From a virus (Duplodnaviria; Caudoviricetes): 64,000 nt of DNA. Positions 46,294-57,076 of this stretch are shown piece after piece (position 1 is the stretch's first letter; the number at the start of each line of letters is the position of its first letter). The notes below the pieces were generated by a model. It was given only the letters and a program-made list of their open reading frames with translations. It made no database searches and was not told where the DNA came from. Location: the IMG/VR virus record IMGVR_UViG_3300037851_000620, positions 11,747 to 75,746 of that record. The stretch is one strand, 5' to 3'. A program made the translations under genes and the position numbers.

Positions 46294-48751
46294 CAGTCCT
46301 GATGATATCCTTTTCGGTGCTTCTGTTGATGATCAGACTGGCAAATTTTTCGACGATTTCAATACTCGTCTGAATGGTTTGGATAATAAAATGAAACAAG
46401 GATTTGCTGGAATTGATTCTATGTCTGGCAAATCTGTTTTAGGTCTTTCTGCTGTTGCTGGTGCTGTTGGTGGTGTTGCTGCAATGATAGGCACAAAACT
46501 TCTTGATTCTGTTGGAAATGCTGCTGCGGCAATGCAAAATCTTGTAAAAGAATCTACACTGTTGGCAGCACGCAATGAAACACTTGGCGTGTCGCTAGAG
46601 ATTGTTGGGCAAAATGCTGGATACTCGAAAGAAGAATTAAAAGGTTATGAAGAAGGTCTGAAAAAGACAGGTATTTCCATTCTTGAATCTAAGCAAGGTC
46701 TTGTATCTATGATACAAGCAGATCTCGATCTTGCCGATGCCGCAAAATTGGCACGAGTTTCTCAAGATGCTGCTGTGTTGGCTGGATTAAACTCGTCAGA
46801 AACATTCCAACGTGTGTTGCGAGGCATTACAACATTACAGCCTGAAATATTGCGTAGTTTGAATTTGGAAGTCAATCTTCAAAAAGAAGTTGAAGAATAT
46901 GCACGCAAGAACAATATTGCAGCGGCAAGCATAGATTATGCTACGAAAAAGCAGATAGCATTGAATGCAGTTTTGGAAAAAGGTAAAACAATTGCAGGTG
47001 CTTATGAAGCTGCAATGGGAACTGTTGGAAAGAAATTAGGATCGCTTGAGCGGTATAAAGAGGATTTCAAAGTTTTGTTTGGAACGACATTCCTTCCAGC
47101 ATTTGGTGCTGGTGTAGATTTTATTATAAAGAAATTAGAGGAAATGAAGAAGTGGATAGAGGAAAACAAGGAATCACTTGAAACTTTTGGAGCTGCTGCA
47201 AAGACTGTTGTTGAAGGAGCAATAAAATTATTCGAGCAATTGATAGGTGTTATATCTAGCATTCCTGGATATATAGTCGATATTTCTGGAAAGATTGCTC
47301 AAGCAATTGCAAACAGTGGTGGAAATATAATACCAGATATTTCTGATAGTGAGTTAGAGAAGCGTAAAGCTAAACTCGGTGTTTATTTCGGACAGGTTGT
47401 AGCACTGGCTGCAGGGTCGATAGCGTATATTGGTGTATTTGTTGGAGAGGCAGTTGATTCTGTTATATCTGTTGGGCGTGCAGCGGCTGCAGCATTGTCT
47501 GGCGATTTTGACAAAGCCAATGACATTATGTATGAAGCTGCAGAAAGATTTCTTTCTACACCAGAGCGTGCAAAAGATGCGTTTGGAAATGCTGCATTGG
47601 AGGCAGGTAAGTTTGTTGGTGTTGTAGAAGAGGTCGGAGACGCTGCAGACGATGCATCTTCTGGAATAGACAAAATGGCGAAAGCTACAGAAGCATTAGC
47701 AGAAGCCACTATCCAAGCAAATAATTTATTGGCAGAATTTGCAAAAAAGATGGAAGAAGAAGCTGCAGAATTGGCTATAAAGGCAGCACGAGAAGCGCAA
47801 GAAACAGCGATGCGCGAAGCATGGGAGTTGGAAGATCTAGCACGGCAGCACGCAGAGCGAGTTGCGGCAATAATGGAAAACGCTGCACAATCTCAGCAAG
47901 AAGCAATGGAACGTCATTCTCAAGAACGTATAAATATAGAAATAAATCTTCAGAGGCAGTTACGAGATATTCGTAGACGATTCGAGTTTGAGGCTTCTGA
48001 GCTTGCACGTGCTCGTGACGCTGTTGGATTATTGCAGTTGATGAGGCGTAATCGTCAAGAAGTAGAAGATGCTCGTATTGCTGCACAAGATCAGCGACAA
48101 GATTCAGATCGTCAGTATCAGTTGGAATTGAGACAAATAGAAGCCAGACGTCGCAAAGCATTACAAGATCTTGCTCGTCAAGAAGTTCGCGAGGCAGAAG
48201 TTCGCGAGCGAAGCAGACAACGTAATCGTCAATTACAACAACTGCATGATAGATGGGAAGAAGAGGACAGACGTCGTAAATATGCTCGTCAACTTGCAGA
48301 CTTGTTACGGCAAATTCAAGGTATGAGTGGTATGACACAGTCTGGGCTGAATATCCTTACGACACAATGGAGCAATTATTTTGGAAATCTTTTAAATATG
48401 GCAACAACATATATGACATACATGAACAGAATCATAGTTCCAGGTGGGACTGTTCAGCAATATAACCCTGCTGGAAGTCCTGGCGGTCTTGGATTTCAGA
48501 CAAATTCTGTACCTGGTGGGACAAGTTCTACAAAAGTTGTTGGACAGGGTGGGCAGGTTTCACAAATGCTTGCTGATGCTGCAAAAAGATTCAAAGAAAT
48601 TGGAAATATTTCGCGTGTTCCTGCAGTCAGTTCGCGAAAATCTACAGACCGTAAAGAGATTTCAATCACTGTCGAAGGTAGTGGTTTAGATCCATATATC
48701 CAAAGAGTGGTAGCAAGGACATTGTACGAGATAGAAAGGAATAAAGGATAA
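46280..48751 (+). CDS. Tape measure protein
   Basis: Ala/Gly-rich helical protein, TMP core region, E/R/Q coiled coil; follows chaperones. Confidence 0.85.
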   Translation: MHMPNSPDDILFGASVDDQTGKFFDDFNTRLNGLDNKMKQGFAGIDSMSGKSVLGLSAVAGAVGGVAAMIGTKLLDSVGNAAAAMQNLVKESTLLAARNETLGVSLEIVGQNAGYSKEELKGYEEGLKKTGISILESKQGLVSMIQADLDLADAAKLARVSQDAAVLAGLNSSETFQRVLRGITTLQPEILRSLNLEVNLQKEVEEYARKNNIAAASIDYATKKQIALNAVLEKGKTIAGAYEAAMGTVGKKLGSLERYKEDFKVLFGTTFLPAFGAGVDFIIKKLEEMKKWIEENKESLETFGAAAKTVVEGAIKLFEQLIGVISSIPGYIVDISGKIAQAIANSGGNIIPDISDSELEKRKAKLGVYFGQVVALAAGSIAYIGVFVGEAVDSVISVGRAAAAALSGDFDKANDIMYEAAERFLSTPERAKDAFGNAALEAGKFVGVVEEVGDAADDASSGIDKMAKATEALAEATIQANNLLAEFAKKMEEEAAELAIKAAREAQETAMREAWELEDLARQHAERVAAIMENAAQSQQEAMERHSQERINIEINLQRQLRDIRRRFEFEASELARARDAVGLLQLMRRNRQEVEDARIAAQDQRQDSDRQYQLELRQIEARRRKALQDLARQEVREAEVRERSRQRNRQLQQLHDRWEEEDRRRKYARQLADLLRQIQGMSGMTQSGLNILTTQWSNYFGNLLNMATTYMTYMNRIIVPGGTVQQYNPAGSPGGLGFQTNSVPGGTSSTKVVGQGGQVSQMLADAAKRFKEIGNISRVPAVSSRKSTDRKEISITVEGSGLDPYIQRVVARTLYEIERNKG

Positions 48752-49188
48752 TGTCTTATTGTGAAGACATAGGCTATCAGATTGGATTGTCTCCGACAGA
48801 GATGACGACTTTGAGGAATCTTGGAGTTCCTCCACCAGATCAGATTGTATATAAACCATCTGGGATATATTATGTAAGGTCGGATTTCCATCGTGTTGGT
48901 GATGGGTTTGCATCGTGTGAATGGACATGGGACATAATCTCGTTAGCACGTTTGTATAAATTGATAGACCTTCTTGCAGGTGAAGAATCTGCGAATGTTT
49001 ATATTGTTACAGATAAGCGAGATGCAACATTTCCAAATCCGGAAGCATCTTTTGGATTGTTTTCTGCTATTATGTGGAAGCCTGTTATAACAGGTGAAGA
49101 AGGTGTTTTTGTAGCAAAATCTCCGTATGCTATTCAAACTGTGAAAGTTCAATTTGTGTACATGGTTGAGCTGACTGGGTATCTATGA
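48751..49188 (+). CDS. Distal tail protein-like
   Basis: Small beta-rich ORF directly after the tape measure gene. Confidence 0.5.
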   Translation: MSYCEDIGYQIGLSPTEMTTLRNLGVPPPDQIVYKPSGIYYVRSDFHRVGDGFASCEWTWDIISLARLYKLIDLLAGEESANVYIVTDKRDATFPNPEASFGLFSAIMWKPVITGEEGVFVAKSPYAIQTVKVQFVYMVELTGYL

Positions 49189-52097
49189 CAGTATCTCTTG
49201 CTGATATCAATGCTTTGAGGGATGGTCATCCTCATATTTCCAAAATATACATGTCAGTTCTGAAGCCGACGGTTGTATATTGCGGGACTGTGTCTGGATC
49301 TCCTGCGTTTGGAGCACGTGCTATAACAGTCGTTGATGTTTCAGGAGATATTACAGACATAGAATCTGGAATGACTGTGTTTGTTGGGACGTCTTGTGGT
49401 GATAACAGTATTTCCAAAAGACGATTCAGGTCACGTGCTGGGCAAATTCTTACATTAGATGAAAATAGCATCACGTGGGTTGCAGGGCAGTATATAACGG
49501 TATACAAAAATTGGGAATTGTGGAGCATATTTCAGTATATAGATCCTACGACTTATGTTTTCTACAAAGATTATGACATAGCCTATACTAATGATAATTT
49601 GTATCAATCTCCTGTTGCAATCGCAGGATCTCATCGTGCAAAGTTTATCGATGGTCCATATGTATCGTTCGATCTTGATGCATCAGATTCCTATGCTATT
49701 GCAGCTGGGGCAACGATATCGTCCTATCTTTGGGAATGTGATGGAGGTTCGATAGTCAATCCTGCTGCTGCAGTAACAACTATCAATTTTACACTGCCTG
49801 GGCAATATTGGTTGAAGTTGACAGTGACAGACAGTAATGGAAAATTGCAATCGACGAGGCGTGTATTATTTGTGCATCAAAGAACGGGTGCATATGCTCC
49901 TCATACTGGACTTGAATTTGATGCAGGACTTTCTGGAGATTGGTCGAGGGGTGGTTGGACAGCAAGTGTGAAAATGCGAGCTGATGCACCTGTGTCTGAT
50001 ATTCCTGATGGAGCACTTGTTGTATTATGGTACGAAACATACTTTGGTGGATCAGAGTATTATGTTGGAGGAGATAATACATTATTTGTAGGATATATAG
50101 CTGACGAGAAGATTACCAAAGAGCTTGACGTCGGTTATGTTACATTCAATTTAGAGACGATAAACTATTTGTTGGATAAGACAGCAATGCGGAGCGTCTC
50201 GATTGAAAACGATTCTACTCCATCTACATGGTATGAGATGGCTAATTTGACCATGCGCAGAGCTGTTCATCATTTATTGCGTTGGCATTCAACGATGTTG
50301 GATATTTGTGATGTATTCATGGATGAGGACGATAACCTTATCTATGCCCTCGATGATTTTACAAACGGCACGTTGTATAAGATGATAGACGTGTTTACTT
50401 ATCAACACGGAAACTTTTCTCATTTATGTTCATCCAGGGTTGGAAAAGTTTATTTGGATAGAGATATAAACGTTCTAACAGTTGCCGAGAGTGCCGCAAA
50501 AGGTGTGGACTTGATCATGGATAATGCGGATAGGCGTGGTCCAACAGACTTAGATATTGTCCGTGATCCTCATAACAGAGTATCTTACGTTCTGATATCT
50601 GGAACGTCATATGATGGTTCAACTAACACGCCGATCATTGCTCAGGCTCCTGGTGAGATTCCGGATAATTTTGGGTCTACAGAAACCACATTTGAGCGTT
50701 TGGTATTGGAAAATCAGGCTCAGGCAAACTTCTATGCTGGAAAGGTTATAGCGATAGCAAACAGAGAATTTGTAGAAATAAGAATTCCGTTGGCTGGCAA
50801 TTATCTTGGTGTGTTGGATATTGTCCCGCAGCGTTGGTGGTATCTTCAATTTGACGCGAATTCTAATAAGCGAGAGGTGTCTTTTGCAGGGAATGTTGTT
50901 CCACGCTTGATAAATACAGAGATAAGCACACAAGCTGGAACAATATTAGTCGAAGTTGGTGTTGAGCCAGAAGTATCTAGTGTTGACGGTATTGCGGCTC
51001 CGATTCCTACCACAGAACCACCGGATAATCCTGTAGATTACCCAATGCCTCCGATTCCTGAGCTTCCTCCATGGCCACCATTACCATTACCAACAACTTG
51101 CCATGAACAGCCAACAGCACCTGCAAATGGTCCATTCACTGGAGCGTTTACAGGGACATTGAGCAGTATAGATCCAGTTCCATATGTTTTGAATTATCTT
51201 AATAGTTATATCAGAATGGGATCGTCAACCTTCAAAACAACTGTTCTTATAGAAGGTTGTAAATATCAAAGTACAAATGGTGGAGCTTCATGGACTCCAT
51301 GGGTTGATACAGATGGTTTGGTAATCTCTGCATATGACATAGCGACTGGACCAAAATCTCCTGTTGCTACAAACTTTCCTGTATTGGCGTCTGATACTGA
51401 CGGTTGCGGTTGGAGGGGTGGAGAATTTACACAGGTTGCTGCGGTTTTAACAGATTGTTACATGACGAAACTTGAGCCTGCACAACTATTCTTCAATGGC
51501 TTGGATGAGTTCGAAATATTTACAGGATGCTCTCATACAGAAATTATTGACAAGATGCGTTGGAAATCGCTTGGTGTAACACCACCGGAAGATGGCTCTC
51601 AAAAGACTTATGTTATAGCAAGGCTACATTTTTCAGCCTTGGCACCATTCATAAATGAGGCGTCTGGTTCGTTGAAATTTTCATTTATTCCTGTGTCTGG
51701 AGGTTCTCCAATAGCAGATTTTAGTGGGGATTATGGTTCATCTATGTACACATCGAAAGTGGAAGATCATCATGGAGAAATATTTGATATGTATTCCATT
51801 CCTGCTCCGGATGGATTATCCGTTGGCAGTTCTACTGATCCTCCTGCTAGGATAGGCGAGGTCGGTTACTGCTACCAGGCAAGAGGAGGAGCATCGCAAG
51901 ACATAGCTATTGGAGATAATTATATTGGATTTCATACGCAAGGTTATAGTGGTGCGATAGGTGCATTTGAAACAGAGTTTCAGATGATGAATATTTTCTG
52001 GTCAAAATCCGGCAATCCAGACCAATTGCTTATGACGTCAGTTATACATAAGATAGACGTCACTGCTATCCGGGTTTATAATGTGTGCTTCGATTAG
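49185..52097 (+). CDS. Tail tip / baseplate hub protein with PKD-like domain
   Basis: LDASDS...SYLW...F..PGQYWLKLTVTDSNG PKD motif; proline-rich linker; C-terminal putative receptor-binding domain. Confidence 0.65.
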   Translation: MTVSLADINALRDGHPHISKIYMSVLKPTVVYCGTVSGSPAFGARAITVVDVSGDITDIESGMTVFVGTSCGDNSISKRRFRSRAGQILTLDENSITWVAGQYITVYKNWELWSIFQYIDPTTYVFYKDYDIAYTNDNLYQSPVAIAGSHRAKFIDGPYVSFDLDASDSYAIAAGATISSYLWECDGGSIVNPAAAVTTINFTLPGQYWLKLTVTDSNGKLQSTRRVLFVHQRTGAYAPHTGLEFDAGLSGDWSRGGWTASVKMRADAPVSDIPDGALVVLWYETYFGGSEYYVGGDNTLFVGYIADEKITKELDVGYVTFNLETINYLLDKTAMRSVSIENDSTPSTWYEMANLTMRRAVHHLLRWHSTMLDICDVFMDEDDNLIYALDDFTNGTLYKMIDVFTYQHGNFSHLCSSRVGKVYLDRDINVLTVAESAAKGVDLIMDNADRRGPTDLDIVRDPHNRVSYVLISGTSYDGSTNTPIIAQAPGEIPDNFGSTETTFERLVLENQAQANFYAGKVIAIANREFVEIRIPLAGNYLGVLDIVPQRWWYLQFDANSNKREVSFAGNVVPRLINTEISTQAGTILVEVGVEPEVSSVDGIAAPIPTTEPPDNPVDYPMPPIPELPPWPPLPLPTTCHEQPTAPANGPFTGAFTGTLSSIDPVPYVLNYLNSYIRMGSSTFKTTVLIEGCKYQSTNGGASWTPWVDTDGLVISAYDIATGPKSPVATNFPVLASDTDGCGWRGGEFTQVAAVLTDCYMTKLEPAQLFFNGLDEFEIFTGCSHTEIIDKMRWKSLGVTPPEDGSQKTYVIARLHFSALAPFINEASGSLKFSFIPVSGGSPIADFSGDYGSSMYTSKVEDHHGEIFDMYSIPAPDGLSVGSSTDPPARIGEVGYCYQARGGASQDIAIGDNYIGFHTQGYSGAIGAFETEFQMMNIFWSKSGNPDQLLMTSVIHKIDVTAIRVYNVCFD

Positions 52098-52939
52098 GAT
52101 TTCCAATGATACGAGATATTGTAATTGCTCAACAAAAACAAGCTGATAAGTTTGAACGCAACAGGCAGCTTGTGAAGGCAGTTACCGCAGCTGTTCAATC
52201 TACGACATCGATTGCTGTTACAGGACGTCCAGGATATATTTGGGTCAAGGAGTTTGGTCAAGATGGTGCATTGATGCAGGTATTCAATACATCAGTTCAA
52301 GATAGATCTGGACTTCCTGTATTGATAGGCTATGAGCCAAAGCCACCATTTCGCAGAATGGTAATCGGAATGGATTGGGAGATCTTTTCTGTAATTACAA
52401 ATTTCTCTGGATCTCCATATTTACCAAACCATCATACTACGCACGAATGGCCAGATCTGAATCCTGCACCAGATGCTGTTTCTGTATATTCTAGAGCAAT
52501 AGTTCCACTTAGGACATACGCATATTCTGGAATGACTGTTGGAATTGCTCCGGCTGTTTATGTATATAATGGTGTTATGACAAGGTATTCTGGTGGAACG
52601 CTTGATCTGACTCCATATATTCCTGCTAACATAGATTACCATCGTCAGGTTCTGATTTATCTCAATATTGTGTCAAATACAGCCGCTGCACTTGCAGGAA
52701 CAGAAGTCCCATCGGTTGTGGCTGCAGATTACGAAGATCTTCCAGCTGCATCGTTACCATCCGCATGGGTTGAGCTGACTGAGGGAATGACTACGGTATA
52801 TGAATACAACATAACAGATGCTAGAGCATTCTTGGCAGGTTCTTACGATATGGCAGAAGAGGCGTCTGTGAGGCGTCAATTGGCAATTTTAGATGCCGAA
52901 ATGGATATGGCAATATCGAGGCATATAGTGGAGGGATGA
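52085..52939 (+). CDS. Minor tail protein (start may be 52106)
   Basis: LPNHHTTHEW motif; position in the tail module. Confidence 0.55.
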   Translation: MLRLGFPMIRDIVIAQQKQADKFERNRQLVKAVTAAVQSTTSIAVTGRPGYIWVKEFGQDGALMQVFNTSVQDRSGLPVLIGYEPKPPFRRMVIGMDWEIFSVITNFSGSPYLPNHHTTHEWPDLNPAPDAVSVYSRAIVPLRTYAYSGMTVGIAPAVYVYNGVMTRYSGGTLDLTPYIPANIDYHRQVLIYLNIVSNTAAALAGTEVPSVVAADYEDLPAASLPSAWVELTEGMTTVYEYNITDARAFLAGSYDMAEEASVRRQLAILDAEMDMAISRHIVEG

Positions 52940-52940
52940 T

Positions 52941-53438
52941 ATGACATACGGTAACACGATTGCAGATGGCTCAGGAACGTTTCTTCATCTGTTGGTAAAT
53001 GCGGATGGACAACTTGTTATAGACGAGGGTTGGACTCTATCGTTACAGGCAGAGGAAAACGCAAACGACTCAGATAAATCATTCACTGTTCCAGCAGATA
53101 CCGAATGGGATATCCAAAATATCTGGATAGAATACGCATCTACAGGAACAGCTGGAAATAGAATCTTGATGGTAGAGATTCAAGACGATGCAGCAGATGT
53201 AATTCTTCGAATCACTGCTGGGGCTGTTCAGGCTGCATCACTCACTCGGTATTATGTGTTTGCACCGAATGTATCAGACCTGACATCGTTCAGGAATACA
53301 TCGTACCTGACAAATCCATTACCAAAACTAATCCTTCCTGCAGGTTATGTTATTCATATCTACGATTCGGCTGTTGTAGATGCTGCGGCTGATGATATGG
53401 TTATTCAAATGTTGTTGAAGTCACGGAGTGTGCCGTGA
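52941..53438 (+). CDS. Putative virion protein
   Basis: GGAGGG RBS; FTVPADTEW and LILPAGY jelly-roll-like motifs. Confidence 0.5.
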   Translation: MTYGNTIADGSGTFLHLLVNADGQLVIDEGWTLSLQAEENANDSDKSFTVPADTEWDIQNIWIEYASTGTAGNRILMVEIQDDAADVILRITAGAVQAASLTRYYVFAPNVSDLTSFRNTSYLTNPLPKLILPAGYVIHIYDSAVVDAAADDMVIQMLLKSRSVP

Positions 53439-53440
53439 TA

Positions 53441-53450
53441 CAAGTTTAGT
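53441..53450 (+). promoter_or_regulatory. CAAGTTTAGT repeated motif
   Basis: Intergenic, directly before GAGGAGG RBS of 53471. Confidence 0.6.
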
Positions 53451-53470
53451 TAAATTAGAGGAGGCTTCAA

Positions 53471-53833
53471 ATGTTTGTAATCGGTTTTGTAGTGCTGGCA
53501 ATGTTTCTTGTATCAATCATGCAACTCGAGGCGTTCAGCCTGACAGATTTCCTGGTATGGTTGGCGGCTGGAGGAAGTGCAGTGGCGGTGTCGTGGATTT
53601 CTGAGCGCATTCCTAAGTTCCAAACGCTCACTCCTGATGCCCGTAAAATTATTCAATATGTGGCTTCTATGCTCTTGGCGATCGGTGCATTTGCCGTGAA
53701 TAAATATGTTCCGGAGGCATACCTGCTGGCTGCGGCTCCATACTTTGGAATTGCGGCAGGGCTGTTCGGAGTGTTTTTCTTGAACCAAGCTGCTCATGTC
53801 CTCGATCCGGCGAAATACCGAAAGAAAGAATAG
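53471..53833 (+). CDS. Holin candidate (3-4 TM helices)
   Basis: Hydrophobic helices; basic C-terminus KYRKKE; end of the tail module. Confidence 0.6.
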   Translation: MFVIGFVVLAMFLVSIMQLEAFSLTDFLVWLAAGGSAVAVSWISERIPKFQTLTPDARKIIQYVASMLLAIGAFAVNKYVPEAYLLAAAPYFGIAAGLFGVFFLNQAAHVLDPAKYRKKE

Positions 53834-53853
53834 CATAATTCATGCGTTCAATA

Positions 53854-53881
53854 ATTACAGCCAGAGAAATCTGGCTGTAAT
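53854..53881. terminator. Perfect 12-bp stem, GAAA-loop hairpin
   Basis: ATTACAGCCAGA-GAAA-TCTGGCTGTAAT. Confidence 0.7.
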
Positions 53882-53893
53882 CATCTAACTCAA

Positions 53894-55246
53894 ATGGAAA
53901 TAATTGTAGACGATATAAGTTCATATGTTGTAGATTGTATGAAAGTGCCGAAAGCACTTGCAGCAATTAGAGATGTATGTAAAGCACGTCCTGAAGGCTA
54001 TCGTTTTATGAAGCGATATAAGTCTGGAGTTTGGGATGGCTACATCTCTCTTATGCATACAACTACGAAATTTCCAACAGGCTTGCTTCCATTTGTTGCA
54101 ATTCGTCTAAAAGAATTAGGCTACCACTTACAATACAAGATAATGTCGCAATACAAAGAACCACTAGAAGTAAAATCAGATGATTTGAAAGGTATTGTTC
54201 TTAGAGATTACCAAATTGATGCTATAAACACATTATTGCAACGCAAACGTGGTGTTGCAAAAATGGCAACCAATTCTGGCAAGACAGAAGTGATGGCAGG
54301 TATTATCAAGGCATTAGACATTCCTCATACTATTGTTATTGTACCAAGAAAAGAACTGTTACATCAGACTGCTGAACGATTTCAATACAGATTAGGCATA
54401 CAGGTTGGAAAAATTGGTGACGGTATCTGGGACAGACAACAAGTGACAGTTGCTATGCTACAAACATTGCATTCTCGTCTAGATGGCACGCTTGATAATT
54501 ATCTTCTTATGGTTGACGAGTGTCATCATGGATCAAGTGATTCTGTAATGGATATCATGAAGCAAATAAGAGGAGGTTATCGGTTTGGGTTTTCCGGTAC
54601 TCCTTTGAAGAATGATGTATTGTCAGACATGAAACTTATGGCTGTTACAGGCAGGATTGTTGTAGACATTTCCAACAAGTTTCTAATAACTGAGGGATAC
54701 AGTGCTGTTCCAAAAGTGTATCTTCACACGATAGAAAATTTTGAAGACTCTGTATGGGAAGACAAATATCCAACAGCTTATGAAGAAATGATTGTAAAGA
54801 ATGACAAACGCAATAAGATAATTGCTTCTGTGGCAAAAGAGGCTGATGGAGTTGTATTGATTTTGGTAAATACCTTAGAGCATGGTCGCATATTACAGAA
54901 TATGATCAAGGGATCTACATTCGTTCACGGATCTAATTCTTCTGATATGCGTTTGGGAATATTGACTACAATGCGCGAAAAAGCAAGTGGGGTGTTCATA
55001 GCATCTCCGATATTTGATGAAGGTGTCGATGTTTCCAGTATAGATACCGTTATATTGGCAGGTGGTGGGAAGTCGTATGTGAAATTGCTGCAACGTATTG
55101 GCAGAGGTTTGCGTAAGAAAGAGGGAAATGGAAATGTGCTGCAAGTGCATGACTTCATAGACGATACAAATAAATACTTGCTGAATCACAGTGATTTGAG
55201 GGCAATGACTTATGCAAAAGAAGGTTTCGAAACAATCATTGCATGA
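53894..55246 (+). CDS. SF2 helicase (UvsW/XPB-like)
   Basis: LRDYQ, ATNSGKT, VDECHH, FSGT, FDEGVD, QRIGRGLR. Confidence 0.92.
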   Translation: MEIIVDDISSYVVDCMKVPKALAAIRDVCKARPEGYRFMKRYKSGVWDGYISLMHTTTKFPTGLLPFVAIRLKELGYHLQYKIMSQYKEPLEVKSDDLKGIVLRDYQIDAINTLLQRKRGVAKMATNSGKTEVMAGIIKALDIPHTIVIVPRKELLHQTAERFQYRLGIQVGKIGDGIWDRQQVTVAMLQTLHSRLDGTLDNYLLMVDECHHGSSDSVMDIMKQIRGGYRFGFSGTPLKNDVLSDMKLMAVTGRIVVDISNKFLITEGYSAVPKVYLHTIENFEDSVWEDKYPTAYEEMIVKNDKRNKIIASVAKEADGVVLILVNTLEHGRILQNMIKGSTFVHGSNSSDMRLGILTTMREKASGVFIASPIFDEGVDVSSIDTVILAGGGKSYVKLLQRIGRGLRKKEGNGNVLQVHDFIDDTNKYLLNHSDLRAMTYAKEGFETIIA

Positions 55247-55796
55247 TACTACGATTCCTCAACTGGTTTTCCATTATGTTGATGCATGCGAGTCTGTGTA
55301 TAAATACAGACCATATGTTCCTAAGAAATATTACGGAAAATTTTCTGTGTTTGAAGACGATTTGCGTGAAATGCAAATATCTTCTATGGATTATGCAAAC
55401 AGTGTTGTTGCATTGACAAAGAAATTTGTGAAAGGCAAAGGTATGAAATGTTTGCCAATAAACATGTTTCTTGGAAATTATTGTTTGAAAGTTTACAATC
55501 GTTATCTTTCTACAAACACGGTAACAGTTGTTGATACAGATCGGCAAGTTATGTTATATAATGAGTTGTTAGTTGCACGTTTCTACATAGACAAGAACAT
55601 ACACAGGGATGGAAATAGTCATATTCGTATGAGCGATGCTATTGACGAGCTAGAACCACTGCTAGACAAGCGTTGGATAGCCTTATATGAAAATAGTAAA
55701 ATCAGACCTATCGAGGATGCTTTGGAAATATTGTGTAAAGAATATAAGGTGAAGTCTGCTGATAGTTATCTTGAAATTGTGGAAGCACTGTCATGA
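55212..55796 (+). CDS. Hypothetical replication-module protein
   Basis: ATGA-coupled to the DnaB-like gene. Confidence 0.6.
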   Translation: MQKKVSKQSLHDTTIPQLVFHYVDACESVYKYRPYVPKKYYGKFSVFEDDLREMQISSMDYANSVVALTKKFVKGKGMKCLPINMFLGNYCLKVYNRYLSTNTVTVVDTDRQVMLYNELLVARFYIDKNIHRDGNSHIRMSDAIDELEPLLDKRWIALYENSKIRPIEDALEILCKEYKVKSADSYLEIVEALS

Positions 55797-57076
55797 CAGA
55801 TTCGTATTCGTTTTCAAGGGAATTGAGGATGAAAGTCCTTGCCTTGATGCTTGATAATGCTTGGATGCGTAGGGTTGGAAATGTTATAATTAAGCCAGAA
55901 TACTTTGAAAGCGATGATGAGGAAGCATTTGCGAAGGCTATATTACAATATAGAGAAACTTATGGCAGGTCTCCAAAAGATCCTGCTGACACAATTCATA
56001 TTTGTGGCGGGAAACATTCAACATTCATATTAGATGTGTATGAATTATATGAAGAGGGAGATGATCTTTTAGATCTTGTGAAAGACGTCGTTATACAGTT
56101 TGCAAAAGAACAGGCTGCAAAAATTGCTATTCTTGAAAGTGTAGAAGATATAAAAGTTGGAAATATGGCGAAGCCTATCGAGCGCATGAAATCTGCTCTG
56201 AAGGTTGGTGAAGAGCTGTTATCACCAGGATTAGATCCTATTCGTGATATAGATAAATGGTTATACAATTATTGGGAAGACAAAGTTCGTACAGGATTGG
56301 TTCATGTCGATCATGTTCTTGAAGGAGGATTGAATAAAGGAGAAGAAGGGATTGTGCTTGCTCCTCCTAATCGTGGTAAGAGCATGATGCTTATCAATAT
56401 TGGATACGGTGCAGCAACAATCGGTTCTGGCAAACACGTTGTTCATTTTACACATGAAATGAGCGTTGAACAAACTGCAAAACGTTATGCGGCTCGTATG
56501 TTATTCAGATTTCCAAAACCAGAAGATAATCTTGATGAATATGCTGAAGAAATTGTTGTTGCGGCACGCAAACTCCTTACAGGGAAGATACGTATTATCG
56601 GTGGTTCTGCTTCCACACGCTCTATAGAATCGCACTTAGAGCAATTGGCGTCAGAAGACGATTTTGAATTAGGTTTGATAATCGACGATTATCTAGACAA
56701 AGTTTATCCACCAAAAGATTATGCCGATAGGCGATTTGAATTATCTGCTTTGTACGATTGGTTCAGGAATCTTTGCGAGCATTATCAAGTTCCAGGGTGG
56801 AGTGCATCACAATCTGGTAGAAACTCATTGTCTAAAGAAATAATTACAATGCAAGACGTTGCAGAAGACATTGGAAAAGCAAATATTGCAGACGTGATTG
56901 TTGCGTTATGTCAGACATACGATGAAGTACAGATAGATCAATGCAGATTGTTTATGGCAAAAGTTCGCGATGCTTCAAAGAAACAAGGACTTATCCAAGC
57001 TAAATATTATGGTGGTTCACAAGCTATTGTCACGACTGGATTTATTGATATAAACAAGGACAAGAAGGATGTATGA
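55793..57076 (+). CDS. DnaB-like (SF4) replicative helicase
   Basis: APPNRGKS, FTHEM, IIDDYLD, SASQ, AEDIGK..IADV, AKVR. Confidence 0.9.
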   Translation: MTDSYSFSRELRMKVLALMLDNAWMRRVGNVIIKPEYFESDDEEAFAKAILQYRETYGRSPKDPADTIHICGGKHSTFILDVYELYEEGDDLLDLVKDVVIQFAKEQAAKIAILESVEDIKVGNMAKPIERMKSALKVGEELLSPGLDPIRDIDKWLYNYWEDKVRTGLVHVDHVLEGGLNKGEEGIVLAPPNRGKSMMLINIGYGAATIGSGKHVVHFTHEMSVEQTAKRYAARMLFRFPKPEDNLDEYAEEIVVAARKLLTGKIRIIGGSASTRSIESHLEQLASEDDFELGLIIDDYLDKVYPPKDYADRRFELSALYDWFRNLCEHYQVPGWSASQSGRNSLSKEIITMQDVAEDIGKANIADVIVALCQTYDEVQIDQCRLFMAKVRDASKKQGLIQAKYYGGSQAIVTTGFIDINKDKKDV